Positions 21,149 to 30,349 of a stretch of DNA of 64,000 nucleotides are shown piece by piece. How positions within the stretch are numbered: the first letter of the stretch is position 1; every line of letters starts with the position of its first letter. Below the pieces are notes generated by a model. That model had not been told where the DNA came from. It saw nothing but the letters and a program-made list of their open reading frames with translations, and did not search any database. Made by a program: the position numbers and the translations under genes. This DNA comes from Desulfobacterales bacterium (GTDB lineage Bacteria; Desulfobacterota; Desulfobacteria; Desulfobacterales; UBA5852), in NCBI GenBank assembly GCA_963674755.2, contig CAXXVS010000002.1, forward strand, positions 1,152,001 through 1,216,000. The letters run 5' to 3'.

Positions 21149-23029
21149 TTACCAGTTATGGACCCAATTCTTACGCCTTGCCGTAGGCTTCCGCCTGATC
21201 GTCGCCGGTCGTTTCGTTTCCTGGCGGATCGGATGTTCCTGTTTTTGGGCCGCCGCCATCTTGGCCGCGATTCTCCGCCGAATGATATCGTATTTAGGCG
21301 ACAGGATAACACGCGCGACATAGGCGTACACCCGGCAATCAAGCGCTTCGTTGCGGCCGCCCTTTTTCTTAAGGCGCCATTCATAATAGCGCTGCCCCTT
21401 GCTGTATTTCGTGACACGGTGTTCGGCCGTCAGCATTTCGAAATATTTATCCGGGTAATGGTCCGGGAAATGACAAAAGCCCGGCCCCGGCGTATCGTTT
21501 TGCAGCCGGGCATAAATCGTTTCCTTGGCGACGTCGGTTCCGATCGGGAAAAGCTTGACCCCTTTGACAAGGGACTTTTTGGACGGCTTGGACACAAGCG
21601 GCCCGCCGGGTGTCGAACGCCCCTTTACGGCATAGATCCGGCGCCCCTGGCGCGGTTTGACGAAGGTTTCGACCATATGGGAATGCGCGCCGTGGTCGAT
21701 GCAGGCGCAGGCGATCCGAAAGCGCGCCGGTCCCCTGGTGAACGTTCGCTTGAGCTGTTCGTCGAGCTGGTCCCATACGTCGGCGCGCTCCGTATCGCCA
21801 TGCAAAACGACATAATCGAGCGACCATGATTCATCGCCCATGCCCCAACCGACGATTTCGAGTTCGATCCGATCGTCCTGAATGTCGGCGCCAGATGTTA
21901 TAACCAAGACACCGTCGGGCGCCGTGCCTTCCGAAATAGCGTCTTTCCTTTTGTCGAATATTTCGATTGTTTCGACGCCTTTTCCCTTTTCTTCCCAATC
22001 TTCGCCAAGGTCGGTATTGGTCCATGTCTTCAATTTCTCCGTGTCGCCCGTGTTTTTGAAATATTGGTTCGCCTCCAGGAATCGCTTGGCGATCATTTCC
22101 CACTTGGCCCCTGGTGAAAACGAATAGGCCGCCCAAAGATGAAAGCCGGCATGGCCCATATATTCCCGCGTCGCCCGCCACTCGCCGGCGTCGACCATGG
22201 CCCGTTGCTGCTTCTGGGGTATCTTGCCGGCGCAATTTTCACATTCATAATAGATCCGGCTAAGGTTGTTTCTGTCCGGGAATTGGATCCTGGACCACTG
22301 CAAAACCTGGAAGTGGCCGCAAATCGGGCAAGGGACGAACCGAAACCGCCGGTCTGATTCCTCGAAGGAATCCGTTACGCGCGACATATCCTTCACCGTC
22401 GGCGTCGACCCGATAACGCTCAGGCGGTTCCAAAAGGTTTCGGTCCGCTTTTCCCCCAGGGTGATTTGATCGCCTTCCTGGCCGGCCGCCACGGGATAGC
22501 CGTTGACTTCGTCGAAATAGACGATGCGGACCGTCAGGCGCCGGAAGCCGCGCGCCGAATTGGCGCCGATAATGTTCAGCGTCCCGCCGGGGTAGCTCTT
22601 TTTCATGATCGTGTTGCCGGAATCGCGGGATTTCGCGTCGGCGACCAACCCGGTCAGGCATGGCGTGTCGCGGATCATGGGTTCGACTTCGTCGCGGGAG
22701 TAACCTTTGCCGTCCTCGATGGTCGGCTGAACCACCAGTTGCGAGCATGGGTCGTGCTCGATGTGGTAGGCGATCGCGCAGTTGATCATTTTGGTGTAGC
22801 CGACCCGCGCCGACTTTTTCCAGGTGACCTTGTGGTTGCGCAGGTCGGTTATGGCGTCCATGGGGCCGCGCTGATAGGAATAGGTCCGCCACTTGCCGGG
22901 CTCCGCCGCCGATTCCGGCGACAGATAGAACTTTTCATCGGCCCATTCCGAGAGATTCAGGTTCGGCGCCGGAATAATGACCCGCGAATGTTCAACGACA
23001 AAGTCACGCGCGTCCGCTACCTGGTACAA
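21149..23029 (-). CDS. Terminase large subunit, GpA family
   Basis: KSARVGYT Walker A, DEV..YP, STPT, CP.CG..Q, G.D.Q.DR, NEALDC motifs. Confidence 0.95.
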   Translation of the reverse strand: MYQVADARDFVVEHSRVIIPAPNLNLSEWADEKFYLSPESAAEPGKWRTYSYQRGPMDAITDLRNHKVTWKKSARVGYTKMINCAIAYHIEHDPCSQLVVQPTIEDGKGYSRDEVEPMIRDTPCLTGLVADAKSRDSGNTIMKKSYPGGTLNIIGANSARGFRRLTVRIVYFDEVNGYPVAAGQEGDQITLGEKRTETFWNRLSVIGSTPTVKDMSRVTDSFEESDRRFRFVPCPICGHFQVLQWSRIQFPDRNNLSRIYYECENCAGKIPQKQQRAMVDAGEWRATREYMGHAGFHLWAAYSFSPGAKWEMIAKRFLEANQYFKNTGDTEKLKTWTNTDLGEDWEEKGKGVETIEIFDKRKDAISEGTAPDGVLVITSGADIQDDRIELEIVGWGMGDESWSLDYVVLHGDTERADVWDQLDEQLKRTFTRGPARFRIACACIDHGAHSHMVETFVKPRQGRRIYAVKGRSTPGGPLVSKPSKKSLVKGVKLFPIGTDVAKETIYARLQNDTPGPGFCHFPDHYPDKYFEMLTAEHRVTKYSKGQRYYEWRLKKKGGRNEALDCRVYAYVARVILSPKYDIIRRRIAAKMAAAQKQEHPIRQETKRPATIRRKPTARRKNWVHNW

Positions 23030-23496
23030 TCCTCGACCCCCTTCGCCATATCGATCAAGGTTTCGTCTATGATCGCCTTCGCTTCGATAAACAGCCGCCG
23101 GCGTTCATCCGAATCGTCCACCATGGCCGACAGTCGCGATGGAAGCCCGGACAATTTTGTTTTAAAGCTCACCAGAAGCGTTGACAGTTCCCGGCCGACC
23201 TCGGCCGCCTCCAAAAGTTCACCGCGCCGCCTGGCGTTTTCAAGCTCCAATTTGTCGGCGCGCTCCTTTTCCGCCCGGGCGCGCTCTTTTTCGAAATCAA
23301 TATCGCGTTCAAACCCGTTTTCAGCAAAAGGCACATTACAATAAATTGCTTCAAGGGCTTTTACAGAATCCCAGCTATATGACTTGCCTTTTTCTCCTGA
23401 TTCAGCGGGCTTTAATCTCGCAGATTCAAGACGGGCGCGGATTACCCGATATGTCTTCCCGGTCAGACGACTTAATTCCGAATAGCTGACATCCAT
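23017..23496 (-). CDS. Terminase small subunit (Nu1-like)
   Basis: N-terminal wHTH, ERARAEKERADKLELEN...GEL motif, overlaps TerL. Confidence 0.85.
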   Translation of the reverse strand: MDVSYSELSRLTGKTYRVIRARLESARLKPAESGEKGKSYSWDSVKALEAIYCNVPFAENGFERDIDFEKERARAEKERADKLELENARRRGELLEAAEVGRELSTLLVSFKTKLSGLPSRLSAMVDDSDERRRLFIEAKAIIDETLIDMAKGVEDCTR

Positions 23497-23559
23497 AAAA
23501 TTTCCCGAAAAGTTTTACTAGGGGTTGTGTTGCCTTGAAAAACCCCTGCGACTAATTTT

Positions 23560-23607
23560 TCACCGCGCTCTCCGCGTTACCCTCGGTGGAGCGTTCCAGA
23601 AGGACCC
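23560..23607 (-). promoter_or_regulatory. Putative cos site (cosQ GGGTCCT plus cosN-like segment)
   Basis: Minus strand GGGTCCT-tctggaacgctccaccga-GGGTAACG-cggagag-CGCGG upstream of terS, resembling lambda cosQ-cosN order. Confidence 0.6.
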
Positions 23608-23855
23608 GTATCTTTTAATTTTGGTTATATTTCAGCATGTTATAGACATCGTTCGATAGCCCCCCTTCCCCGGGCAATTTTTCTTAACTTTTACTCATCA
23701 TCTGAGGCGCCATATTAGACGCCAAGCAAAACGAATGCGGAACCATAGCCCCCCTTCATAAAGTGTATTGAGGATGGCCTCGCTTTGTTTCCGGCGGCCT
23801 TTCGCGACTTCCTTCCGAATCTTTTTTACGAGTCTCTTTTTCAAAGTCCCCCCTT

Positions 23856-24449
23856 TTACCGTCTCGCCGTATCGAGCGCCTTCGACAGTGACCGCGCAAA
23901 GTTGCGCTTAAACCTGGCGCGAACCGTCTTGACGGCCGTCCGCTTGAATCCGAAGCGCGGCGATATGTGCGCGGTCTTTGTCCGGATGAACAGCAATTCA
24001 ACGACCTGCTTGCGCTTCGGTCCCTTGCGCCGGTAGATGCCTGTCTTCGTTGAAAATGTTTTGCGCTGCTTGAGCATGACCGCCGCACCGCCTGATTTGC
24101 GCCGGGACTTGGGGACTTTGGACGTGGGGACCAGAAGGTTTTTAGATTTCATAGGCCGCTTGGTTCCGCCTTCCTCCTGCAATCGGGCGAAGGGGGCTTC
24201 GGTATAGACCCGCGCCGATAAACTTGTTTTCTTCGCCGGGCGGATCTTGATCCCGGTCGGTTGCTGTTTGAGCCACCATTTCTTTGTCACGTTGAAGACG
24301 TGCGGAATGTGTTTGATGATCGCCTTTTGAACGTCTTGCGCTGTCCAGGTCAAAGCCCGCGCCGTCGCGAAGGGCACTTGTTTCTTCTGGATCTTCGTCA
24401 ATCCGCGCGTGAATTCCCTGACGTTTGATCGAACGCTGATTTTCAGCAT
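23856..24449 (-). CDS. Phage neck/tail-completion (gpZ-like) basic protein
   Basis: KQVPFATARALT.TA motif, highly basic, upstream of cos. Confidence 0.6.
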   Translation of the reverse strand: MLKISVRSNVREFTRGLTKIQKKQVPFATARALTWTAQDVQKAIIKHIPHVFNVTKKWWLKQQPTGIKIRPAKKTSLSARVYTEAPFARLQEEGGTKRPMKSKNLLVPTSKVPKSRRKSGGAAVMLKQRKTFSTKTGIYRRKGPKRKQVVELLFIRTKTAHISPRFGFKRTAVKTVRARFKRNFARSLSKALDTARR

Positions 24450-24592
24450 CGTTCCCCGCTTCCTTGGCCTTTTTTTGATCCGTTAATATTACGTTATCAG
24501 GATTAAAAACCCTTAGCCGTATTGGCTTTGCGCGCTAACCATGTCAGGACAATTTTGTTCATCGAACCTTTTTCATCCATTCGGGTTTCCCC

Positions 24593-24742
24593 TTAAAGAA
24601 CGCCTTCCATTTCGGCCGCTCGCGCCGCCGCATCCTCGCTGCATTGCAATTCGAAAAGGCAGTCGTCACAAATGCAATATCCGGCTTCCGCTTCGCTAAC
24701 GTTCTCGTCCGTTCCGCATCGATAACAGCATTTATCTTCCAT
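24593..24742 (-). CDS. Small Cys-rich (zinc-finger-like) phage protein, 49 aa
   Basis: Read manually: MEDKCCYRCG...CICDDC; overlaps upstream stop. Confidence 0.4.
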   Translation of the reverse strand: MEDKCCYRCGTDENVSEAEAGYCICDDCLFELQCSEDAAARAAEMEGVL

Positions 24743-24959
24743 TGGCTTCCCTTCGCTGAATAGCGGATCCGCCGGCCATGACGATTACTGACAAGCGTTC
24801 GTCATCCGATTCGACCTTGACGATCCTGATGTTCCCGCCGGTAACCGCATTGCCGGCGATCACCAGCGCCGCGCTGAATTTGTCTACGGCAAACATAGAG
24901 CCCGGTTGATTCCGGGTGAATTCGTCAACGGTTTCGAAATACGATAGTTGGTATTCCAT
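24732..24959 (-). CDS. Hypothetical phage protein
   Basis: ORF tightly packed in the early operon. Confidence 0.45.
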   Translation of the reverse strand: MEYQLSYFETVDEFTRNQPGSMFAVDKFSAALVIAGNAVTGGNIRIVKVESDDERLSVIVMAGGSAIQRREANGR

Positions 24960-24962
24960 GGC

Positions 24963-25937
24963 TTAGCCTTCGCTGAGGACGGCCCGCTCCCGGACCACGT
25001 TTTGTCTATGTTCCTTCGCCGCTGCTTCGTAGCAAGGCCCGCAAAGGTCCGGCTTGTCGACCTTTTCGCCGCATTCCGGGCAGCAATAACGCCCGTCTTC
25101 GTCGGGTTCCTGTTCCCAAAGCGGTTTCTGGTTCGGTTTCACCGGGTTGATAGTGATCCGGATGGACTCGGCATCAAAGCCGGCATGGTGAATCGCGGTT
25201 AAGATCTCAGGGTCCGAAAGGACTTTTCGCAACGGTTCACAAGAGGCGCCCTTGAATCCGGTTTCGCGCAAATCGCCCTTTTTGAATGACAAAACCAATT
25301 TCCGCGCCTTCGGCTTCGCCCGGGCCTTGGTCAATTCCTGTTTTTGGTTGTCGATCTTGCCGTCGGATTCTTTGGCGATCTTCTGCGCCTGGCCGATGGT
25401 GATGTCGCCGGCGTCCACGGCCGCCTTGACCTCCGGCGAAGCATCGGCCAGCGCCAAGCGGTTGCGGACATGGCTGACCGACTTGCCGGACCGGGCCGCG
25501 ATCACCCTGACATCGATGCCCCAGTTCGCCAGGCGACGGAAGGCGGCCGCTTCCTCGGTCGCCGTGAAGGCCTTGCCGCCGTTGGATGCGATCGCTGTAA
25601 AGAAAAGCTCCGCTTCGCCGGCCCCGCGCCGGGCCACGATGACCGGGACGGACTGGAGCTCGGCGCCCTCGCTGATCGCCCGCAGGGCCGCCCGCAGCCG
25701 GCGTTCACCGTCCACCAGCTCCAGGCGCTTATCCAGGGTTTTGCGGACCAGCAGCGGCGGGAGCGTCCCGCCCGCCTTGATGAATTCGACCAGGTCTTCT
25801 TCGCCGTCGAAATCCCTTCGCGGGTTCCAGCCCTCGACGATTTCGATATGGTCCGGGGCGATATGGAAAACGTCGGACCGGCGGACCACTTCACAGACAT
25901 CGCCTAAAACGTGTTTGGGGATCTTATTGGCGGTCAT
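24963..25937 (-). CDS. ParB/Spo0J-like protein with C-terminal zinc ribbon
   Basis: NPR, LVDGERRLRA, HTH, C-terminal CPEC...CGPC; AAGGAAGG upstream of MTANK. Confidence 0.8.
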   Translation of the reverse strand: MTANKIPKHVLGDVCEVVRRSDVFHIAPDHIEIVEGWNPRRDFDGEEDLVEFIKAGGTLPPLLVRKTLDKRLELVDGERRLRAALRAISEGAELQSVPVIVARRGAGEAELFFTAIASNGGKAFTATEEAAAFRRLANWGIDVRVIAARSGKSVSHVRNRLALADASPEVKAAVDAGDITIGQAQKIAKESDGKIDNQKQELTKARAKPKARKLVLSFKKGDLRETGFKGASCEPLRKVLSDPEILTAIHHAGFDAESIRITINPVKPNQKPLWEQEPDEDGRYCCPECGEKVDKPDLCGPCYEAAAKEHRQNVVRERAVLSEG

Positions 25938-26328
25938 GGCTATGAGGCCCTTCCTTGGCCGTCGATGAAAACTTCCCGACGGGGATTTCGGCATTGATTC
26001 TGCCTGATTCGGCCCTGACGACGATTTTTCCGACAAAGAAGTCGATCCATTTGTCGCCGTAGGCAACGCGGATATCGCCGCACTCGGCCGCGAGGCGCGG
26101 CGCCTGATACGGCCGCTCGAATATCATGACCTGGTTGTCGGATGGCATGGGCGCCGTCGCGGCAATCGTTTCGATGGCCGCCTTGCCGGTTTCCCAGATC
26201 TGACGGGCCTCTTGGGCGCTGATGGGCTCCGCGCTGATGTCATCGATGAATTGTTCCCATTCGACATCTTCGGGCCGGTTCCCCGGGATGTCGGATTCGC
26301 TGACGCCTGGTGGTAGGTTTGACAGCAT
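25924..26328 (-). CDS. Hypothetical phage protein
   Basis: NLPPGVSESDIPGN motif seen in small phage proteins; AAGGGGG RBS. Confidence 0.5.
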   Translation of the reverse strand: MLSNLPPGVSESDIPGNRPEDVEWEQFIDDISAEPISAQEARQIWETGKAAIETIAATAPMPSDNQVMIFERPYQAPRLAAECGDIRVAYGDKWIDFFVGKIVVRAESGRINAEIPVGKFSSTAKEGPHSHDRQ

Positions 26329-26374
26329 GATGACCCCCTTTTTGCCTGTTTTTTGCTCTGTTAATATTAAGTTA

Positions 26375-26734
26375 TCAGGATCGGAAATCCGCATCCGCCA
26401 AGGGTTTGCGGCCGCTGCATCCCTGGAGGAATTTCCAGCGTTCAGGAGTTTTTCCGATGGCGCATTCGATCACCCGCGCGCCGTAGGTCGTGCCGGAAAA
26501 CAGCTCGTTTTGATCCCAAACCGCGCGGTCAAAGCGCGCCGATGTCTTGAAGGCGGCCTCGATCAGGGCCGCATCCCCGTTGAACAGCTTGGCGAAGTGC
26601 CGGCAAAGGGAAACGTCTCCCTGCTCGGCTTCCTCCCGCCGTTGGGTTTCGTTGTGATAGAGCCGCCGGAAAAGCGCGGTCCCCCGCTCCCGGAAAGAAT
26701 CCTCGATCAGTCGGATCATTCGCTTTTGGTCCAT
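26375..26734 (-). CDS. Hypothetical phage protein (possible primase C-terminal-like)
   Basis: GGAGGGG RBS; D.SLC..FA.L....A.LI...FK.S...W...TYG...I pattern. Confidence 0.45.
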   Translation of the reverse strand: MDQKRMIRLIEDSFRERGTALFRRLYHNETQRREEAEQGDVSLCRHFAKLFNGDAALIEAAFKTSARFDRAVWDQNELFSGTTYGARVIECAIGKTPERWKFLQGCSGRKPLADADFRS

Positions 26735-26748
26735 GGTCCCCTCCCCTT

Positions 26749-27726
26749 TCAGTCCAGAATACCCCCGCCGGGGTTGTTCATGATCTCACCGTCCTCGTGG
26801 TAGCCGATCACCACGGCCACGGTCTTGTGGGTCGTCATCTGCATCACGTCCCGGATCGGGATCCCCTGGCGCCCGGCCTCGGTCACGAAGCCCCGCCGCA
26901 GCGAGTGCCCGGCGTAGTGCTTGGGATCCCGCCCGCAGCGTTCCACCCGCTCTTTCACGATGCCGACGACGGTTTCCGGGGTGATCGGGTCATCCGTGAT
27001 CCGGCCGCGATGAATGGCGCGGAAGAGAAACCCGTCGGTAATCCGCGAAGCCCGCAACCAGGCCGTAAGCGCCTTTTTCGCCGTTCCCCGTATGGGCAGC
27101 CGGTAGCCGTGCCCGCCCTGGTCGGTCTTGGAGCGGGTCAGGTTGTAGATATAGCCGCCCCGCACCGCGTCCAGATCGTCCAGGCGCGCGGCCGCGACCT
27201 CGCTCCGGCGGCGCCCCCCGGAGCCGAAGGCAAACAGCAGGATCGCCCGGTCCCGGGTGTCTTTCAGCGACGTTCCGAAGGTGTCGACCATCTCATCCAG
27301 CAGCTTTTTGGTGATGGCCCGCTTCACTTGCGGCCGGTCGCCGGCCTTGGCCCGGGCCGCCTTGGATTTGGTCATCACCAGGCGCACCCGCCCGCCCTTG
27401 CACGGGTTCTCGGCGTCCTCGATGCCGCGCGACTGATGGGCGTAGGACAGCGAGGACAGGCGCCGTTCCACCGTGGCCACGGCATGGGGGCCGCGCTTGC
27501 GCTTGATGCCGGACGCCACCAGGATCTTGTCGTGTTCCGGGTCCAGGCCGTCCAGGTGGTCGGTGATGAAGCGGATCACCACGTCGGCCGCCACGGGATA
27601 GTGCGGGACCAGGCCCATGGTCACCTGCGCCCAGGCCCAGAAATATTTCATATCGCCGTCATGCGCCCGGTGGGTGTTCTCCGCCGTTCCCGCTTCGATG
27701 ATCCTGTCGATCCGGTCTTGGCTCAT
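26749..27726 (-). CDS. Cre/TnpS-like tyrosine recombinase
   Basis: RDRAILL..F.SGGRRRSE, SKTDQ, GHSLRRGFVT, catalytic Tyr in VIGY; ATGA-coupled to the replication gene. Confidence 0.88.
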   Translation of the reverse strand: MSQDRIDRIIEAGTAENTHRAHDGDMKYFWAWAQVTMGLVPHYPVAADVVIRFITDHLDGLDPEHDKILVASGIKRKRGPHAVATVERRLSSLSYAHQSRGIEDAENPCKGGRVRLVMTKSKAARAKAGDRPQVKRAITKKLLDEMVDTFGTSLKDTRDRAILLFAFGSGGRRRSEVAAARLDDLDAVRGGYIYNLTRSKTDQGGHGYRLPIRGTAKKALTAWLRASRITDGFLFRAIHRGRITDDPITPETVVGIVKERVERCGRDPKHYAGHSLRRGFVTEAGRQGIPIRDVMQMTTHKTVAVVIGYHEDGEIMNNPGGGILD

Positions 27727-28583
27727 AGATCTCCGATTCCCTTCAAAAGTTCCCGGAAGCGCGGGTCCAGGGTGATTTCCCGCTTGAACTGCGCGGACCG
27801 CTCGATGGCCTCGCGCTCGTTGAAATTGCCGTTCACCGTGCGGATCGTGGCGTCCGCGTAGGCCCAGGGCTTGCCCGTGCGCACCGGCCAGGCTTTCTTC
27901 AGGCTGGCCAAGGTCTTCACGATCGCGCCGGGATGCGCGTTCCGGTTGGTCCAGTACTGCACCCACTGGAACACGTTGAAGTGCTTCCGGCTGCACACGG
28001 CCGCGATGGCCTCGCACAGCGCCACGATTTCGGCCGTCTCGGGGGCGTCTTTGTGGTGGAAAAGTTGACCGGGATTTTCGGGTTTGGGGACGGGTTCGGA
28101 AGGGGCGGCGCGGGCCTGGCCTGCGCCGTTGTTTTTAAAATCTACTTCTGTTTCTACTTCTAGGCGGACTTTTTTAGGATGTGAATCCGGCGCGTGTCCG
28201 GACAAGCTCGCGATTTGCTTGCGGGTGTATTCGTCGGCAAGCTCTTTTAATTTCGGGCAGTTGAGTTCTATTTGCTCCAGCCGTTTGTCGTGAAAAAGTC
28301 GGAAAAAAATGCGCTTTTTCTCCTGGTAAAACCCAAGTATAGTTCGGACTTTTCGCCAACTTATTCGGAACTTTTTCCTGAAATAGATCACCGAAAAGGT
28401 GTTTTTCCCCGGCCTCCGGGGGTCGAATTCGCGCGACATGATTTCCAAGGTCCTGAAATACACATAGTAGCCGTCCGGTCCGAAAACGCTGATCGCGTCA
28501 TCGATGTCGGGGTCGTCCCCGCTGTCCACCAGATGCTTGAACCATTTCATACGCGGCGGCTTTGTCCTGAAACCGGGTGCCAT
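27723..28583 (-). CDS. Phage replication initiator (DUF4373/O-like)
   Basis: MKWFKH..D...DP.I......G..GY..YF..LE N-terminus; likely start ~28550. Confidence 0.7.
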   Translation of the reverse strand: MAPGFRTKPPRMKWFKHLVDSGDDPDIDDAISVFGPDGYYVYFRTLEIMSREFDPRRPGKNTFSVIYFRKKFRISWRKVRTILGFYQEKKRIFFRLFHDKRLEQIELNCPKLKELADEYTRKQIASLSGHAPDSHPKKVRLEVETEVDFKNNGAGQARAAPSEPVPKPENPGQLFHHKDAPETAEIVALCEAIAAVCSRKHFNVFQWVQYWTNRNAHPGAIVKTLASLKKAWPVRTGKPWAYADATIRTVNGNFNEREAIERSAQFKREITLDPRFRELLKGIGDL

Positions 28584-28804
28584 TTGTATCTGTAGGGCCG
28601 GCCCCGGTCATGCCCCTCGTTCGTACCCGCCAACCAGGCGTCCTGTTGCGCGGAGCCCAAGGGGTACGGGCACGGCCCCACCGTGGCGGCCTCCCCCAGG
28701 TAGAATTTGAGCGCCGCCAGCACGCCCGCCTTGTATTCCGCGCTGCGCGGGTCCCGTTCGTTGGAAAAAGCCGCCTCGAACAATTCCTTCGCCGTCTTTT
28801 TCAT
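28547..28804 (-). CDS. Hypothetical phage protein
   Basis: PRS.EY..GV....CPY..G.A..DAW.AG motif; GGAGG RBS. Confidence 0.5.
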   Translation of the reverse strand: MKKTAKELFEAAFSNERDPRSAEYKAGVLAALKFYLGEAATVGPCPYPLGSAQQDAWLAGTNEGHDRGRPYRYKWHPVSGQSRRV

Positions 28805-29220
28805 GACATTGCCTCCCGCACCCATTCCGCCGGCACGTCAAAGAGCCCCAGCCGCCCCGAACAGGGATGGAAGATTGTGGGCACGGCGCCTTCCATCACC
28901 AGCCCCATGGGGCCGAAGAACCAGAGTGACGGGTGTTCCGTAACGCAGTCGACCAAACGGGCGCGCCCCACGATACCGCCGGTATTGAAGTCTTTGGGAT
29001 GTGGATCGCGCCAGCCGAAGACGTTTCCCAGGGCCGCCAGAATCCAATCCAGTCCGTCGAAATCGAAGCGCTGGCCGGCGTGGATCGCCAACGGCCCCCG
29101 GTAGCGTGGCGGATATCGCCAGTCGCGGTTTTCAACGGGCTTTACCCCGTGAGCAAGGCACCAGGCCCAGGGCTGGCGCACGGACAAGCATTTGATCGTC
29201 GTCGTCATAGAGCACATCAT
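28801..29220 (-). CDS. ASCH domain protein
   Basis: LSVRQPWA...G.K.VENR.W...YRG.L.IHA motif. Confidence 0.88.
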   Translation of the reverse strand: MMCSMTTTIKCLSVRQPWAWCLAHGVKPVENRDWRYPPRYRGPLAIHAGQRFDFDGLDWILAALGNVFGWRDPHPKDFNTGGIVGRARLVDCVTEHPSLWFFGPMGLVMEGAVPTIFHPCSGRLGLFDVPAEWVREAMS

Positions 29221-29549
29221 TTTCCCTCCGCGCGCAGTCCGTGCAGCACTGTGGCATGGCTGCGGTTGAATTCCCGGCCGATCTCCTCCAGCGTCGCCCC
29301 GATAATCTCACGGCAGTGAAGCATGGCCGCGTTTCGGGCACGCACCACCTGCCGCCTGCGGGACGTGGACGATAGGTCCCCCACGGAAACGCCGTGCTCG
29401 GCGGCTGCCCGGCGCTTGATATCCTCGTAGGAGGTGACGCGCCGCTCCAGCTCGTCAGCGCAGGCATCAAACGCGGCGGCCGTGGACTCGTGGCCGGTCC
29501 GGCGCAGCTCCCTGGCCTGCCTGCGCCAATGGCGGATCATCCCCACCAT
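29217..29549 (-). CDS. DnaA C-terminal-like HTH protein
   Basis: SRR..V.RAR..AM......L.EIGR.F.R.H.TVLHG motif. Confidence 0.75.
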   Translation of the reverse strand: MVGMIRHWRRQARELRRTGHESTAAAFDACADELERRVTSYEDIKRRAAAEHGVSVGDLSSTSRRRQVVRARNAAMLHCREIIGATLEEIGREFNRSHATVLHGLRAEGK

Positions 29550-29672
29550 TGCGCGAAGCCCTCGCAGGCGAACCGGTTGACGGACCGGGAGAGTATCTCA
29601 CCCCTGTCTGGTTTCATGGCCAGCAATCCACTCGCAAAAATTTCTTTGTGATCGCGCCGCATGCTTGTGCCC

Positions 29673-29870
29673 CTATCCTTCCGCCGGTCTGGCCCGGAAA
29701 TAGGCCCCCGGCGTGGGGATCACGTCGCCGCCCTCCACCATGCAGGCGATGGCCGGGTCCGTGTCCGCGAAGAGGATTGTTAGTTCGCTGCGCGCCTCCG
29801 CTTCGCTTATCGCCTCCCACGGCCCGGCCTGCCCTCCCCGCGCCCGCCGCTCGAACATCACGCCCTTCAT
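29673..29870 (-). CDS. Hypothetical phage protein
   Basis: Short ORF in the early operon. Confidence 0.35.
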   Translation of the reverse strand: MKGVMFERRARGGQAGPWEAISEAEARSELTILFADTDPAIACMVEGGDVIPTPGAYFRARPAEG

Positions 29871-30078
29871 TGGATGGCCGCCAGAGCACCGCTCTGCTTC
29901 ATGGCGTCCAGCAGTTCGTAAAGGATCCAGAAGCTGAACAGCGCGAAAATCACCATTTCCAGCAGCATTTGATTGAGCTTTCCCATGTCAGAATCCCCCT
30001 TTCTCGATGGCGTGGATCACTTCCAGCGCGGCCCACAGCATCAGCAGCAGAAGCGCGGCCGCGCACAGCAGATCGCTT

Positions 30079-30264
30079 TTAAGGCGTTTCATCTTTGGAT
30101 TTCCTCTTCTTCTTGGCCCCCGGCCGGGGCGGAAAGGTGTAGGGCTTGTCATGGCGTGGCCGTGGCAGGAGCGCCGCCAGGGTCTGGTTCTGCAGCTTCA
30201 ACTCGTGGATCAGGCGGTTGTTCCAGGCGATGACTTGGCGCACCTTTTGTTCTTGTTCATCCAT
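30079..30264 (-). CDS. Hypothetical phage protein
   Basis: Short ORF in the early operon. Confidence 0.4.
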   Translation of the reverse strand: MDEQEQKVRQVIAWNNRLIHELKLQNQTLAALLPRPRHDKPYTFPPRPGAKKKRKSKDETP

Positions 30265-30295
30265 GAGATCCGCCCTAAAGGCTTGATTTTGCTAC

Positions 30296-30332
30296 GTGCA
30301 CCCAGGTGCACCTAAGTGCACCAAGGTGCACC
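30296..30332. repeat. Four GTGCAC(C) palindromes at exact 10-bp period
   Basis: GTGCAC at 30296, 30306, 30316, 30326. Confidence 0.85.
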
Positions 30333-30349
30333 TGACAGCCCAAAATTTT

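Noticed and set aside
27727..28017. N-terminal extension of the recombinase ORF to 28017
   Set aside because: Overlaps the replication gene out of frame; the coupled ATG at 27726 is the better start
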